Shown: positions 27,137 through 38,164, numbered from the stretch's first letter. The stretch is 64,000 nucleotides of DNA from a virus (IMGVR_UViG_3300021431_000075:160001-224000); one strand, 5' to 3'. Translations and numbers: made by a program. The notes: generated by a model from the letters alone, not told the origin.

Positions 27137-29911
27137 TCAAAGTTCCGATAATCTTTGTATAAACATGTTCATCTCTGCATTTGTTGCCGGTCTCGCATCT
27201 TTCATCTTATCCGGATGAAATTCCATCGGATTTTCCGCATCATCGCACATTATAGATTTATCTCCAATTCCTTTAATATACAATCCGGAAGTCAACTTGA
27301 TGCCATCGTCTGTTTTAATCACGTCTTTGACAACAACTAAACAATCTTCAACTCTGACAAAGTCCCCTGCATGAATTACGCCCGGAGTCCACAGATAGAA
27401 CTTCTTGTATTCTGTATGCTTGTTCACATATGACAACGCATCAGAATCCTTGCAGTGCCTGACCACGAATATGTCTTCATACTCATCAACAATCTCCATG
27501 CATTCGCCGTCAAGCTTTCTTACAATGAAGTCTCCAACACAAACACGACGCCCCGACTTGTTCCATACAGTCTTGAAATTCGCTGACTTGGTTCTATGTT
27601 CGTTTTCACTCGAAGTAACACTCCCATCATCTGAAATAGTAACACCCGCTTCATCTGAATTGGAAAATTCATTCTTGAAGAATATGCATTTATCAACAGC
27701 ATATAGATACTCTTGATAAGTTGCAGGTCTCACTTCACAATTCTCCAAATCAAAAGTCTTTACATAACGAACCGCAGGCGTCTCGTTTGACGACATATTA
27801 TATTCCACAACAACTTGCATATGTATCGTATTCTTGTCATAATACGCATCATACTGATTACATAAGCAAATGTATGTCTTGTCTTCTGTATGCGACTTAA
27901 GAACGACAACAGAACCATCTTTTATATCAGCAATTGACCACAAACGTAGTCCGGCATTTTTATGCACAATGTATGAATTGCTGAACTGCTGCTTTAATAA
28001 TATATGTGATGCGCTTTCTCCGGAAAGTTGGTCATATGACACAAGAACAACACAAAATACATTTCCTTTCAAATCAACAACCCAGTCTCCCTTATCAAAA
28101 TAACAACAATATTTCTCTGTTTCCGTTTCTTTATTTGGCATCATATTCGTCGTTTCTTTTTCATTTATCGACTTTATAACGCTCAAATACTTGTCTTTAA
28201 CACTCTGGCGCACCGGATATACCCATTGAACCGGCAACATATTCCGGTCTTGCATCTTTATTTTCCAATCAGGCTTGATATCATCCTTTGACAAACTGTC
28301 ATCAGATAATTGCTTCATAACATAATCTTCAACTTCTAACACGTCAGATGAAATCCCTTTCATCTTTCCATAGCCGACAGGTCCGTTCTTCCCTACCACG
28401 CAAATAACATCTCCCCGAGCAACATCTATCTTCAGATTCATCAGACGGAATCTTGAGAGATTCGCGTCAGTCAGTTCAATCGTTCCTCTCCGCAACCCGG
28501 TGTCCAGACTATACAACACGATTATGTTTCCGTTATATTTTTCTGGGTGCTTCTCGTAACAAAGTCCATATGTAATAGCACCATACACGATGATTCTCAA
28601 ATCACCGTTAACAATCCCGTCCGTGATATACTTCCAGACAGCTTCATTCTCCGGAAGCCTAAAGCAGTTCTCATACTCTTTAAAGTCCCTGATTGTAATG
28701 TTGTCGTTTTTGTCAAATGATATGTCCAATCTCTCTCCGAATTCTCCATATATGACCATTATGTCATAACGGACACTATACATCCTTCCGGAGATGAACT
28801 TGTATATGCCGTCAACAACAATAGACTCGATGCACTCGAACCATCCATACATCTTATTCTCCACCATCGACTTGTTACCAAGCCATATGTGCGGATACTC
28901 ACCATGAAGCGCACTTACAAAAAACTGAATGCCTGCCTTGTTCATACACAAATATCCGCCAGTCGTAGATGAAACCACAGAGACCGGAGTAATTACCGAC
29001 TTCGATACGAGCAGTTCTCCATCCGGCACCCGTATGCGACCGATTTCATCTTGTTCGTTCTTATTCACCATAGACTTCGTTTCGTGTAACAAACAATGAT
29101 TATCATAAATATCCTTGATTGCTTCCCATACCGGACATATCCTGACATTTCTCTTGCCTGATATATCATATTCGTATTCTTCGAAAAAATTGTTTGGAGA
29201 TGACAAATCATCTATATCTATATTCTTGACATAGTTCTTGAATATAATATGCGTATCTTTGAAACCCATGAACAATCCACCGCCTCGAGTATCCAAAGTT
29301 CCGGGAATACTCGCGCTTTCTTCATGAATTACAACAAAGTCGCCAAGTTTTGCATCCACGTCAAGAAGCCACGGACGAATCCTATTGATTTTTTCAAGTC
29401 TCTGCGCATTGCATACAAACCTAAATTCAGTTTGACGAGTTGCGTCAAGCGACATCAAATTGACAATATCATTATTTGAATATTCACCATGCGAATGAAC
29501 CTGCAAAAGATAAGGTTTGCCGTCCATTACGCAGCATTCCATGCCGACAAACTGAGTTGACATATATCTAATAAGCCTATCGTATGGAGCATCATCAAAC
29601 CACACATCAAAATCCTCCCACCTGTATCCACTCAATGAAGAATAAACCTGCATTCTCAATGCGTGTCCATTCTCTCTCTGAATCGGAAATCTAAATCCAT
29701 ACTCGCCATAAATCCAGCCCAATAATTCAGAATACCAGTACATGTGTCCGGCAATGAACTTGCAGATTCCGCCATGGTTCATGTCCCTGATACACCGGCA
29801 CCAGTTTCCGGATACAGAAACGCCGGTATTCGCAGCATCATCAGCAGCGGAAACCGGTTTCTTGTTCTCGTCGGATGAAACCGCATCATATAAATTCGAA
29901 TCACTTTGCAT
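27137..29911 (-). CDS. Large modular hypothetical protein with degenerate PATxE modules
   Basis: FDKGDWVV..LWSIADIKDG..RPATYQE, RPATNAE; duplicated KFI(A/S)GxMY..IYGE(Y/F)G. Confidence 0.8.
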   Translation of the reverse strand: MQSDSNLYDAVSSDENKKPVSAADDAANTGVSVSGNWCRCIRDMNHGGICKFIAGHMYWYSELLGWIYGEYGFRFPIQRENGHALRMQVYSSLSGYRWEDFDVWFDDAPYDRLIRYMSTQFVGMECCVMDGKPYLLQVHSHGEYSNNDIVNLMSLDATRQTEFRFVCNAQRLEKINRIRPWLLDVDAKLGDFVVIHEESASIPGTLDTRGGGLFMGFKDTHIIFKNYVKNIDIDDLSSPNNFFEEYEYDISGKRNVRICPVWEAIKDIYDNHCLLHETKSMVNKNEQDEIGRIRVPDGELLVSKSVITPVSVVSSTTGGYLCMNKAGIQFFVSALHGEYPHIWLGNKSMVENKMYGWFECIESIVVDGIYKFISGRMYSVRYDIMVIYGEFGERLDISFDKNDNITIRDFKEYENCFRLPENEAVWKYITDGIVNGDLRIIVYGAITYGLCYEKHPEKYNGNIIVLYSLDTGLRRGTIELTDANLSRFRLMNLKIDVARGDVICVVGKNGPVGYGKMKGISSDVLEVEDYVMKQLSDDSLSKDDIKPDWKIKMQDRNMLPVQWVYPVRQSVKDKYLSVIKSINEKETTNMMPNKETETEKYCCYFDKGDWVVDLKGNVFCVVLVSYDQLSGESASHILLKQQFSNSYIVHKNAGLRLWSIADIKDGSVVVLKSHTEDKTYICLCNQYDAYYDKNTIHMQVVVEYNMSSNETPAVRYVKTFDLENCEVRPATYQEYLYAVDKCIFFKNEFSNSDEAGVTISDDGSVTSSENEHRTKSANFKTVWNKSGRRVCVGDFIVRKLDGECMEIVDEYEDIFVVRHCKDSDALSYVNKHTEYKKFYLWTPGVIHAGDFVRVEDCLVVVKDVIKTDDGIKLTSGLYIKGIGDKSIMCDDAENPMEFHPDKMKDARPATNAEMNMFIQRLSEL

Positions 29912-29937
29912 AGTCAGGCAAATCAACAAAAGACAGT

Positions 29938-30357
29938 CTAATCGTCAAACGCATCAACGACAGCATCAACAAACTCACCTGCAATGATGTATTTCACGCC
30001 ATTTACAGTGAACTGAAAATCACCATCCGGACGAATCTTCTTTTTGAAGTTCTGAATTTCTGAAACCCATTCATTCACAGGAAACTTGTCAAGATATATC
30101 ATCAATGCAGATATTGCACGCTTCTTGTCATATCTATGCAAAGTCCAAGGCTTGCCGACAAGATTGCGATAACTAACTGTACTACATGAAACAGAATTAT
30201 CACCAACCGGTTTTGCTTTACCGAACACATCACAATCATCCGCAACATTTTCAATAGCGGAACGAATCACGTTCTTGATTTGTTCACGCATTTCAGAAAC
30301 TTGCTTCTCATATCCAGCAAGTTCATTGAACATTTTTTCAAAACCTTTTGTTTTCAT
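29938..30357 (-). CDS. Hypothetical protein
   Basis: 139 aa ORF. Confidence 0.7.
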   Translation of the reverse strand: MKTKGFEKMFNELAGYEKQVSEMREQIKNVIRSAIENVADDCDVFGKAKPVGDNSVSCSTVSYRNLVGKPWTLHRYDKKRAISALMIYLDKFPVNEWVSEIQNFKKKIRPDGDFQFTVNGVKYIIAGEFVDAVVDAFDD

Positions 30358-30361
30358 GCTT

Positions 30362-30619
30362 CTATATCTTTAAATTGTTAAAATCATTATATTTGACAAG
30401 TGCAGTGCATTTGGCTTCATCCTTGCCAAATATGTCCTTGCCGTTGATGATCGGATTGAACCTCAAATTCATCATAACCCACGGATAGATGTATGAATCT
30501 ATATCATAAACGATTATGATGACAAAGTTAATTGCCATGAAGAAAGAAGTCCAGCCATAACCTTTCCAGTAGTTCTTCCAGTTTCTCTTAAGTTTTTCAA
30601 TATCGATTTTCATGTTCAT
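30362..30619 (-). CDS. Small membrane protein
   Basis: One TM; sigma-A promoter at about 30643-30673 fixes the start. Confidence 0.6.
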   Translation of the reverse strand: MNMKIDIEKLKRNWKNYWKGYGWTSFFMAINFVIIIVYDIDSYIYPWVMMNLRFNPIINGKDIFGKDEAKCTALVKYNDFNNLKI

Positions 30620-30712
30620 TGCTGTTTTGATTGTTCTTGCTGCAAAGATAACATTAATGTTTCGATTATGCAAGCATTTTAGGAAAATTTAACAAAAGAG
30701 AAACTTTAAAAA

Positions 30713-30871
30713 TCAATCAGTCTTTTCCACATCTCGTTCTGATGTTTCTGTTCTCTCGTTGAACAAATTTATCAGAAGCGGAACCGTATGAATCTCATGG
30801 TCTCTAAAGAACTTGAACGAGATCATTGCAGAAAACATCAAAATGAGCACATTAAAGAGAAATCTCTTCAC
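30713..30871 (-). CDS. Small membrane/secreted protein, 52 aa (GTG start)
   Basis: MKRFLFNVLILMFSAMISF...; fills the gap between genes. Confidence 0.45.
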   Translation of the reverse strand: MKRFLFNVLILMFSAMISFKFFRDHEIHTVPLLINLFNERTETSERDVEKTD

Positions 30872-30883
30872 ATCAAAAATGCA

Positions 30884-31417
30884 TTAAAACAACTCAAATT
30901 GTTCAAAACTGTCATCTATACTTACAATCGGTGAACTCTCTATATAACTCAAATCAGAGACCTTTTTATCCACATCATTTTCATCGTTATCAATCAAGTT
31001 GAGCAGTTCCTTGCTGCTCTTATCCGGAAACTTACTAACTCTGTCTTTCACCCAAGCAATAAACCAGTTCTCACGAACAAACAACAAGGTTCCGGCACTC
31101 TGACCGACAACATCACATAATTTGTTTATCTCTGAATCTGAATTTCCAGACTCTATCTTGTCAGCAAGCCTGTCATCAACCATAACAGCATCAACATCGC
31201 TTGAAAACAAACTGCTGGCATATGCGCCGAAATTTCCAAGCAGCTGCCTTATGATGCTCTTGTCGGTTCCATAGCAATCCGGAAGAAACATCTCGATGCC
31301 GTAGATAGGATTTCTGAATTTTTTGCTTTCTGTATCGAACAATGCTTCACCTTCTCTTGAAACAAGACTGTTCCTGATTGCTTCAATCGGATTTATTTCC
31401 TTTACGTTCTTTGTCAT
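30884..31417 (-). CDS. Hypothetical protein, possibly BRCT-like
   Basis: IRQLLGNFGA..VDAVMV..VRENWF spacing resembles BRCT. Confidence 0.5.
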   Translation of the reverse strand: MTKNVKEINPIEAIRNSLVSREGEALFDTESKKFRNPIYGIEMFLPDCYGTDKSIIRQLLGNFGAYASSLFSSDVDAVMVDDRLADKIESGNSDSEINKLCDVVGQSAGTLLFVRENWFIAWVKDRVSKFPDKSSKELLNLIDNDENDVDKKVSDLSYIESSPIVSIDDSFEQFELF

Positions 31418-31424
31418 ATCTCAA

Positions 31425-32003
31425 TTACATAAATGGCGAATAAATTTTTATTGTTTCTTTTATTAGCGAATCAACATATGATTCGTCATCGTGGTTATCG
31501 TCAGTTTTCGTCTTTATCGAAACATCGTTCTGTCTTCTATTAAACGCTTTCATCAATTCAGACGCAATCTTTCTATTTTCAGAACAAGATGCTGGCTTCA
31601 CATAACTTCCAAAAAACCATCGCTGTTCTTTTTGGATATTTATTGATTCAGAATCCGGTTCCCAACAGTTCTCTATGAAAATAGTGCTACCGAACTTCAC
31701 GATAGAGCAATCATCTTTCTCTACTTTTTCAACTACAAAGACTGTATTTCCTGAAGTCAAAACATCACCGACTTGAACTACACTCGGACTCCACAAATAA
31801 AAATTTCTATAGTTTCTTCTCTTGTTCAAAACAAACAGTCCGTCTGAACCGATGCCGCAAATAGAAACTATGAAAAAATCCGGATAATCAGATTCTATCT
31901 TAAATATAGTTCCGTCAGATTTCCTAACGATATAATCACTTATATGGACAATCCGTCCGCTTTTATTCCAAGTCTGTCCGTTCTTATTCCAAGTCTGTCC
32001 CAT
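31425..32003 (-). CDS. Hypothetical protein, paralog of the last module of 27137..29911
   Basis: WNKSGR..DYIVRKSDG..FYLWSP..GD..KPAS; 21 bp tandem duplication at the start. Confidence 0.75.
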   Translation of the reverse strand: MGQTWNKNGQTWNKSGRIVHISDYIVRKSDGTIFKIESDYPDFFIVSICGIGSDGLFVLNKRRNYRNFYLWSPSVVQVGDVLTSGNTVFVVEKVEKDDCSIVKFGSTIFIENCWEPDSESINIQKEQRWFFGSYVKPASCSENRKIASELMKAFNRRQNDVSIKTKTDDNHDDESYVDSLIKETIKIYSPFM

Positions 32004-32006
32004 AAT

Positions 32007-32699
32007 CTACTGTTTCGAATCTGCAGTTCCGCAATTAGTTATGACCAAATTAATCCAGAAGTTGTCATATAAAATGTTCTGCAACTGATGCAAGAACCTT
32101 ACGTGAACGCTATTGACTTCCGTGTTAATTGTCAAACCTTTCTTGTCAATAGACGCAACAGTCAGGTAATAGTTATGATTTGCCTTTCTGATGACAATGC
32201 TGTATTTGTTACCGTCCATTCCGAATGCCTTCATAACATATTCCGGATCTGACCACATTCCGTCCTTGACTACATCGAATCCATAGTTGCTCAAATCAAT
32301 CTCGCTCAAAGAAACTCTACACAACAACGATAAATTGAAAGTTTTTCCGATAAAATGATTACAATCGCAATATACAATCATTGAATCGCCTGTTTTATAG
32401 AATCCGCTCACATTCACATATGTCTCCTGACCTCTCAAAAAGAATATGTCGCCGACTCTTATATCTTCAGCCATCACTTGGTCGTCCATTTTCATACAGA
32501 ACTCTATGTTCAGCGAAGCTTTGTACTCGCCAGTGCAGAGATTATTGTCTCTTGCAAAATCTTTCAGAAAAACACTATTCTTATTGTCCGATTCACCGCC
32601 TGCATATTCAAATATAGCATCATTGCGTGAAAAGACCTTAACTGTTCCTTCTATGACTTTCTTTGCGCAATCGTCTTCATTTTCAGCCATATAAATCAT
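32007..32699 (-). CDS. Hypothetical protein, FLHxLQNIL family
   Basis: DIRVG..YGF..RFLHQLQNIL. Confidence 0.75.
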   Translation of the reverse strand: MIYMAENEDDCAKKVIEGTVKVFSRNDAIFEYAGGESDNKNSVFLKDFARDNNLCTGEYKASLNIEFCMKMDDQVMAEDIRVGDIFFLRGQETYVNVSGFYKTGDSMIVYCDCNHFIGKTFNLSLLCRVSLSEIDLSNYGFDVVKDGMWSDPEYVMKAFGMDGNKYSIVIRKANHNYYLTVASIDKKGLTINTEVNSVHVRFLHQLQNILYDNFWINLVITNCGTADSKQ

Positions 32700-33318
32700 T
32701 TAGAATGTTTTGAAGCTTATGCAAAAATTTAACCTTTATGCCATCGAATGAATCCAAAGTCCTGTCATCATCTCTTGAAATCACGACGCCTTTCATTATC
32801 ATAAAGTCATCAGAAGGAGTTAAAATGATTGAGACTTTGTTCATATGTCTATCATATGCATTAAACGCATAGTATCCGTCAGGCATAAATTCATTCTTCA
32901 TAAATTTGAAACCGTATTCTTCAAGAACCGCATCGTCAAGACGTACAGCACGAATAGCATCTAATGGAGCACAACCTCCCTGAAAATAAATTCTGTTGCT
33001 CATAGACGTGTATTCAATTCCAGTCACCTTCTTGACTTCTCCACCATAATTGATAAATCTGAACGAAGTGCCAACACGCACATCTCCGTAATCGACCATA
33101 AGTTCTTTATCGACATCAACATCCAAAGTCAACGTCGCGCTATATGTCCCGACTTCATTCAATTGAGAAAACATGTTGCCAACCAAAGATATGCTGCACA
33201 TATGCGGTTCCTCGCAGTTCTCATCATAATACTCGAAATATCTGGAAAACCCAGATATAGTCTTATAGACTCTCACGGAACCATTGACTTGTATTTTTTT
33301 ATTCTCAAAGACGCACAT
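32683..33318 (-). CDS. Hypothetical protein, FLHxLQNIL family
   Basis: DVRVG..YGF..KFLHKLQNIL; tandem paralog of 32007. Confidence 0.75.
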   Translation of the reverse strand: MCVFENKKIQVNGSVRVYKTISGFSRYFEYYDENCEEPHMCSISLVGNMFSQLNEVGTYSATLTLDVDVDKELMVDYGDVRVGTSFRFINYGGEVKKVTGIEYTSMSNRIYFQGGCAPLDAIRAVRLDDAVLEEYGFKFMKNEFMPDGYYAFNAYDRHMNKVSIILTPSDDFMIMKGVVISRDDDRTLDSFDGIKVKFLHKLQNILNDLYG

Positions 33319-33340
33319 AATGAATCATAAAAACATTTGA

Positions 33341-33631
33341 TTAACTCCAGTCCATAAATCTCATCACGTTGTCCAAGAATATTCTCCACCTGCGCTCTTC
33401 AACATCACGGTCCTCCGCATGATTCTCTGCACACAAGTACCATTTTGCAAACGAGTCCTTGCCAAAAATCATATTTAGAACCGCGATATAGTAGCATTCC
33501 TCATCAGGTTCGATTCTTTGTCCCGTGCTGTCGCAGTATATAGTTTCATCAACACCGTATCCGGACTCGGAAAACTCCCGAGCCGGACCGAATGCTATTT
33601 TGAAACGCTTATCATTATTGAAAACTTTCAT
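33341..33631 (-). CDS. Hypothetical protein
   Basis: 96 aa; CD..YYIAVLN. Confidence 0.7.
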   Translation of the reverse strand: MKVFNNDKRFKIAFGPAREFSESGYGVDETIYCDSTGQRIEPDEECYYIAVLNMIFGKDSFAKWYLCAENHAEDRDVEERRWRIFLDNVMRFMDWS

Positions 33632-33650
33632 TTTCGTAACCGTTTAATAA

Positions 33651-34052
33651 TTAGTATTTGGATGTCAATTCAGAGACCTGCTTCTCAAACTCGCGCTTCA
33701 TCTCCTCTATCTTCTCATGTTCCATCATGATCCTTTCCCGTTCTTCGAGCGGTATCCCATGATAGCCACTATGCCAACTCTTGAGATTGATATGGTTCCC
33801 TCCATAGTTCGCAATGAAGTTCTCATACTCATTCCATTCAAGAAACTCGTTATAAGACACATTGTTCTCGACAGAGTACTTGATGTTTTCCATCGTAATC
33901 GCATACTCGTCATTGAAACAATAAAGACCGCCTCTCTCTTCTGCGACCCAGTAACCATATGAAACATCCCACATAGCGTTGAGATGCTTCAAATACTTGT
34001 CGCAAATCTCGTCATACTGTTTGGACAGCTCCTGTATATCTTTATTTTCCAT
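33651..34052 (-). CDS. Hypothetical protein
   Basis: 133 aa; INLKSWHSG. Confidence 0.7.
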   Translation of the reverse strand: MENKDIQELSKQYDEICDKYLKHLNAMWDVSYGYWVAEERGGLYCFNDEYAITMENIKYSVENNVSYNEFLEWNEYENFIANYGGNHINLKSWHSGYHGIPLEERERIMMEHEKIEEMKREFEKQVSELTSKY

Positions 34053-34069
34053 ATCTTTTTCTTGATTAA

Positions 34070-34504
34070 TCAGAACCAGACAAAATCCTGCGCCGGAAGA
34101 AAATCAACGTCATCGCTTGGAATAACGATTTCATCGGGCACAGAAAGCAATTCAAGCATTCCATTGAGATCTTTCTCGAAGAAAAGACCGTCGTTGCTCT
34201 TGAGTGTAAGTTCGCGAGACGAATTTCCTCTCTGCGCACAAACTGTCACAAGCGAAACTATCTCCGTATCCTTTCTGAACAGGACTGTTATCCGAACATC
34301 AACATCCTTCCCTTTCTTGACAAGAATATAATGATCGTAAGTTCCGACCGTCCGTTTTACAAAACCGACTCTCTCAACAAAGTCTCGACAAACCCTGCCG
34401 GTCATCGTGTTTTCAGCATCCGAACCGCCGGCTGTTCCGGATGCGATGCTTGCGTCGTTAAAATACATAATGTTATTTTCGTTAGAATCTATTATTAAAA
34501 TCAA
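34070..34504 (-). CDS. Hypothetical protein
   Basis: 144 aa, coupled to the upstream stop. Confidence 0.65.
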   Translation of the reverse strand: MILIIDSNENNIMYFNDASIASGTAGGSDAENTMTGRVCRDFVERVGFVKRTVGTYDHYILVKKGKDVDVRITVLFRKDTEIVSLVTVCAQRGNSSRELTLKSNDGLFFEKDLNGMLELLSVPDEIVIPSDDVDFLPAQDFVWF

Positions 34505-36183
34505 GGAAACATTGGATAGTCGTCTATCTCGTCATAGATATTGCTGTCCGTATCAGTCGGATAATCTCCGGGCTTGCATGTGGAATCCTTGTCGTTATCT
34601 ATGATTCTTTTCATGCCAAACGCTGAACAAACACTACTGTAGCATCTATCAAGAGTCTCTTTGAAACTCTCGTCAGAACCGTTGTTCTCATAAAATCTCA
34701 ACGCGTACAGAACCGCATTCCCAGAAAGAGTCTTCACGACTTCTTCCATAGAGACAATATCATAGTATTGCTTATCCGAAACAGGAATGTCAGTGACATT
34801 ATCAGCACACAACCACCGTCCTTCCTTCATATCAACGGGCCAGACATGATAAACATCATCACATTTCTGCTGAATCCTGAAGATTTTCTCAGTTCTGCTA
34901 TCTTTGACAAACACTCCGGCATCGAAATCTGCAATCTTGATTTCATCCACCTTCTTTGTTTCCGGATTCCAGACATATCCTTCTTCTTTCAACATTTCAT
35001 TGAACGTATCAATGTCCTTGCTGGTTGCAGGGAACATCTGCACATCCTTTATGACCACGAACCCGCCGGCATCCAAGTCAAAGTTTTCATCTTCTTCCAT
35101 GTCATCGCTGGCGCAAATATAAAGCCGTATAACACCAGTTGTCTTGTTCCTGTCATGGTATGGACCGATAAACCGTTTCCCGTCTCTAATCAAAGAAACC
35201 ATATCTCCGTCCTTCAGCATATCAGAACTCCACAACTCTGTCACGCCGGAAAGCATATCATAAGTCTTTTCAAACTCGCTTCCATTCAAAGCAACCAGAT
35301 GATACTTTCCATCCTCCACATCCTTAACCTTGTACACGATTCCGTTAGGACAACCGCCGATGACGATAAAGTCATCTTTCTTGAAACGACAATCCTCATC
35401 ATCCGAATCGCTATGCCCCGCAATATCCATTCCCGCTTCTAACGAAATCTGAACAGGCTTCTTGGCTTGATCATCCCACTTGTACCCGTTAAAGAACATC
35501 GTTGCTCTATGATGAGCAATCTCGTGGCATTCCGCCATTGTAACAGACGGCGCAAAATAAGTTTCTTTCTCAACAGTAAATGTTTCTTTCTTTCCGATAG
35601 CAAGAACACACTCGCAACTCACCTTGTACATTCCGGAAAGAGAAATCTGTAGAATGTCAAGAATGCCTATGAACACATCGGAAGAACCCTTCGGGCTAAA
35701 CCGAACAACATCACCCGTCATTAGGTCGTCCTCGCTAAAAGCACGGAAATTCTCAGAAACTATCGCCGGAGAATAACTCAGGTCTATCAAGCAACCGTTA
35801 TACGGATTCTCGATGACATTGGCAAACTTGCACTTGAACACTGTTCCCTCCTTTGTATCATTAAACGGCTTCGTGCAAATATACCACTGTCCGGGAACCA
35901 GCGTCTTTATGACAGACTTGACTTCCGGTTTCTGTTCATGGCTTTCCTGCTTCTGAACCGCGTCCGTGTTTTCAAGATGATTATTATCGTCACATGCAAC
36001 CTTCTCTACATTCAAGAGAGCCATCATCTTGTGACTGCAAAACGGACAGTTGATTCTTGCGCCGGCAGCTCCGGAAATACCGTGTTCATTCTCGATATCT
36101 TCCGTGTCATACTCAAACACAGCACCGCACTCTGGACATGTAGCCCTGTATCTCATGCTTCCACACTTGATTAGTTTAATCAT
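34501..36183 (-). CDS. Modular protein: N-terminal Zn ribbon plus PATxE modules
   Basis: CPECG..CPFC; FKKDDFIV..LWS..KDGD..PATSKD..GYVWN. Confidence 0.8.
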   Translation of the reverse strand: MIKLIKCGSMRYRATCPECGAVFEYDTEDIENEHGISGAAGARINCPFCSHKMMALLNVEKVACDDNNHLENTDAVQKQESHEQKPEVKSVIKTLVPGQWYICTKPFNDTKEGTVFKCKFANVIENPYNGCLIDLSYSPAIVSENFRAFSEDDLMTGDVVRFSPKGSSDVFIGILDILQISLSGMYKVSCECVLAIGKKETFTVEKETYFAPSVTMAECHEIAHHRATMFFNGYKWDDQAKKPVQISLEAGMDIAGHSDSDDEDCRFKKDDFIVIGGCPNGIVYKVKDVEDGKYHLVALNGSEFEKTYDMLSGVTELWSSDMLKDGDMVSLIRDGKRFIGPYHDRNKTTGVIRLYICASDDMEEDENFDLDAGGFVVIKDVQMFPATSKDIDTFNEMLKEEGYVWNPETKKVDEIKIADFDAGVFVKDSRTEKIFRIQQKCDDVYHVWPVDMKEGRWLCADNVTDIPVSDKQYYDIVSMEEVVKTLSGNAVLYALRFYENNGSDESFKETLDRCYSSVCSAFGMKRIIDNDKDSTCKPGDYPTDTDSNIYDEIDDYPMFP

Positions 36184-36238
36184 AATTTTCTTTCTTTTAT
36201 ATGTTAATAATAAAAAAACATCCCTTGTCGTTTTTCAA

Positions 36239-37126
36239 TTAGAACAATCCGTGCTCTTCCGGCTCATAGTTCAAGTACAAAGACTCGTACACCATCGTGT
36301 CCCTGGACTTGCCAATCACCCTACGGAAAGACGAGTTTCCGCTGATGATATACATATGCTTCTTATACAGACATGCGGGAACCTTGTACGTCAAGTCTTC
36401 GTCTCCAGCCTTCCCTGCATAGCTCATAGCCCACTTACACCTTTTCTTGTTCGCGTCATCCAGCCATCTAAACAGTTCTGCATTGTCAAACCCTCCGAAG
36501 TACATCCCCTTGGTATTCGCATAAGGCGGATCCAGATACACGAAATCACCATTCTGCGGACACACATCGGCAAACGTTCTGCATATGAACTCGACTTGGT
36601 TCCTGTTCAGCAATCTTGACCATTCCGTAACTATCCTTCCAAGACTATCCGGATGAATTCCGTCCCTTGTTATGTGGAACGAATTGTTAAAATCGCCGGC
36701 AGAATTGTATCTCGGCATCCCGTTCGTTGTCGTCCGCATGATGAACATAAAGTCCAGAGGACTATGTTCCTTGTTATACCGTTCTCTAATGCTGTTGAAG
36801 AACGAGCGCTTGAACGCCTTGTCATGGTTGCCGTCGTTCATCTGGTGCCATAAATCCGAATAATGCGAAACAACCATTCTTGGACAATCCCTAATAGACT
36901 TCCAGAGATTGATTAGACCGTCGTTCAAATCAGAAGCAATGAACTTTCCGACATGATGCTCGCCGGACTCCATCAAGCAGCGGAGTACGCTACCGCCACC
37001 AATGAACGGCTCATAGTAAGTGCTTATCGTGTCGGGAAACTTGGAAACTATCTCTCCGCACTGGCTCCGCTTAGAACCGGACCACTTGATGACCGGCTCG
37101 AAAGATGTGCTCGTGAACTGTCCCAT
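36239..37126 (-). CDS. dam: DNA adenine methyltransferase (Dam/D12 class)
   Basis: IKWSGSKR, YYEPFIGGGSV, SDLN, VYLDPPY. Confidence 0.9.
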   Translation of the reverse strand: MGQFTSTSFEPVIKWSGSKRSQCGEIVSKFPDTISTYYEPFIGGGSVLRCLMESGEHHVGKFIASDLNDGLINLWKSIRDCPRMVVSHYSDLWHQMNDGNHDKAFKRSFFNSIRERYNKEHSPLDFMFIMRTTTNGMPRYNSAGDFNNSFHITRDGIHPDSLGRIVTEWSRLLNRNQVEFICRTFADVCPQNGDFVYLDPPYANTKGMYFGGFDNAELFRWLDDANKKRCKWAMSYAGKAGDEDLTYKVPACLYKKHMYIISGNSSFRRVIGKSRDTMVYESLYLNYEPEEHGLF

Positions 37127-37127
37127 G

Positions 37128-37367
37128 CTATTCTGAAATTACTGTATCGTTTTCCGGTCTTGTACGGATTGACTCCATCTGAACAGAGATTTCATCTACC
37201 CGTGTTCCGAGTTCCCTGTTCACTGTCTCCAGCGAATCAATGACACTGTCTATACGCAACGCATCTTTCGCCTGTTCCCGGATGACCTGCTGCTGCATCA
37301 GGTTCACGATGATGCACATCAGCACCACGAGACCTGCTATTATAAGAATGATAGACTTCCTGTTCAC
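37128..37367 (-). CDS. Small single-TM coiled-coil protein
   Basis: N-terminal TM followed by a heptad-like segment. Confidence 0.6.
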   Translation of the reverse strand: MNRKSIILIIAGLVVLMCIIVNLMQQQVIREQAKDALRIDSVIDSLETVNRELGTRVDEISVQMESIRTRPENDTVISE

Positions 37368-37765
37368 TGTTCTGCTGCTTTTTTGTTAGTAGATGGAAAG
37401 CGGAACTTGTCCGGACTCTCAACATCCTTCGGATCGTTCACCCGAGCCTCAACATAGTTATACTTTATTCTTGTAGACGGTCTCGACCAGCCGTTGATGT
37501 CACGCATCAGTCTGGTAGTCGTAAACTTGTACGTCTCATTCATACCAAGCATCTGCTGAATACCGTCCGAATTCATTTCAGACACGATGCCAAGCTTCGG
37601 CTGCACAGTGAACACTTTCTGCTTTGATGTGTCTCTATTGACAACGACTTTCCGAGAATAATAGGGAGACAACGTCTCTCTATCTATGCACCACTTTGTC
37701 ATGATGTCAATCGTTGATATATCAAGAACTGTCAATTCCTTCATTTTATCAAATATGTGTAACAA
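37364..37765 (-). CDS. Hypothetical protein
   Basis: 133 aa; sigma-A-like promoter at about 37814-37844. Confidence 0.65.
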   Translation of the reverse strand: MLHIFDKMKELTVLDISTIDIMTKWCIDRETLSPYYSRKVVVNRDTSKQKVFTVQPKLGIVSEMNSDGIQQMLGMNETYKFTTTRLMRDINGWSRPSTRIKYNYVEARVNDPKDVESPDKFRFPSTNKKAAEQ

Positions 37766-37897
37766 TTTATTAACGGCTCCTATATGAAAAGAGCTGTACT
37801 CTTTTTCAGGTTACAAATATAGTTCTTTTATTCGGAACCAGCAAGAAATATAAAAATAATTTAACATTTATTTGGATTGTCTCACATCTTTCAAATT

Positions 37898-37966
37898 AAA
37901 AAACCTGCGCGCTTCACAGCGCACAGGCACAAAAATAATCTAAATCTTAAATTACCATGAAAAACA
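37898..37966 (-). ncRNA. Candidate sRNA unit 1
   Basis: TTG-N20-TAACTTTG promoter (38002-37972); hairpin CCUGUGCGCU-GUGA-AGCGCGCAGG plus U6. Confidence 0.7.
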
Positions 37967-38022
37967 CTTTGCAAAGTTAATAACTTTATTTCATTCATGC
38001 AAGAAAAAATCAAAAAAATAAT

Positions 38023-38094
38023 AAAAAATCCGGCGCGCTGTCACAGCGAACCGGATTCAAAAAAAAACTTTTTAATATACTTGCAAAAATTCAT
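38023..38094 (-). ncRNA. Candidate sRNA unit 2
   Basis: TTG-N20-TATCTTTG (38130-38100); AUCCGGUUCGCU-GUGAC-AGCGCGCCGGAU plus U-tract. Confidence 0.7.
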
Positions 38095-38164
38095 CGCTGC
38101 AAAGATAGTGATTATTTTTGAACCAGACAACATAAAAACAAGTCTTTTAACTTTAATTAACGCC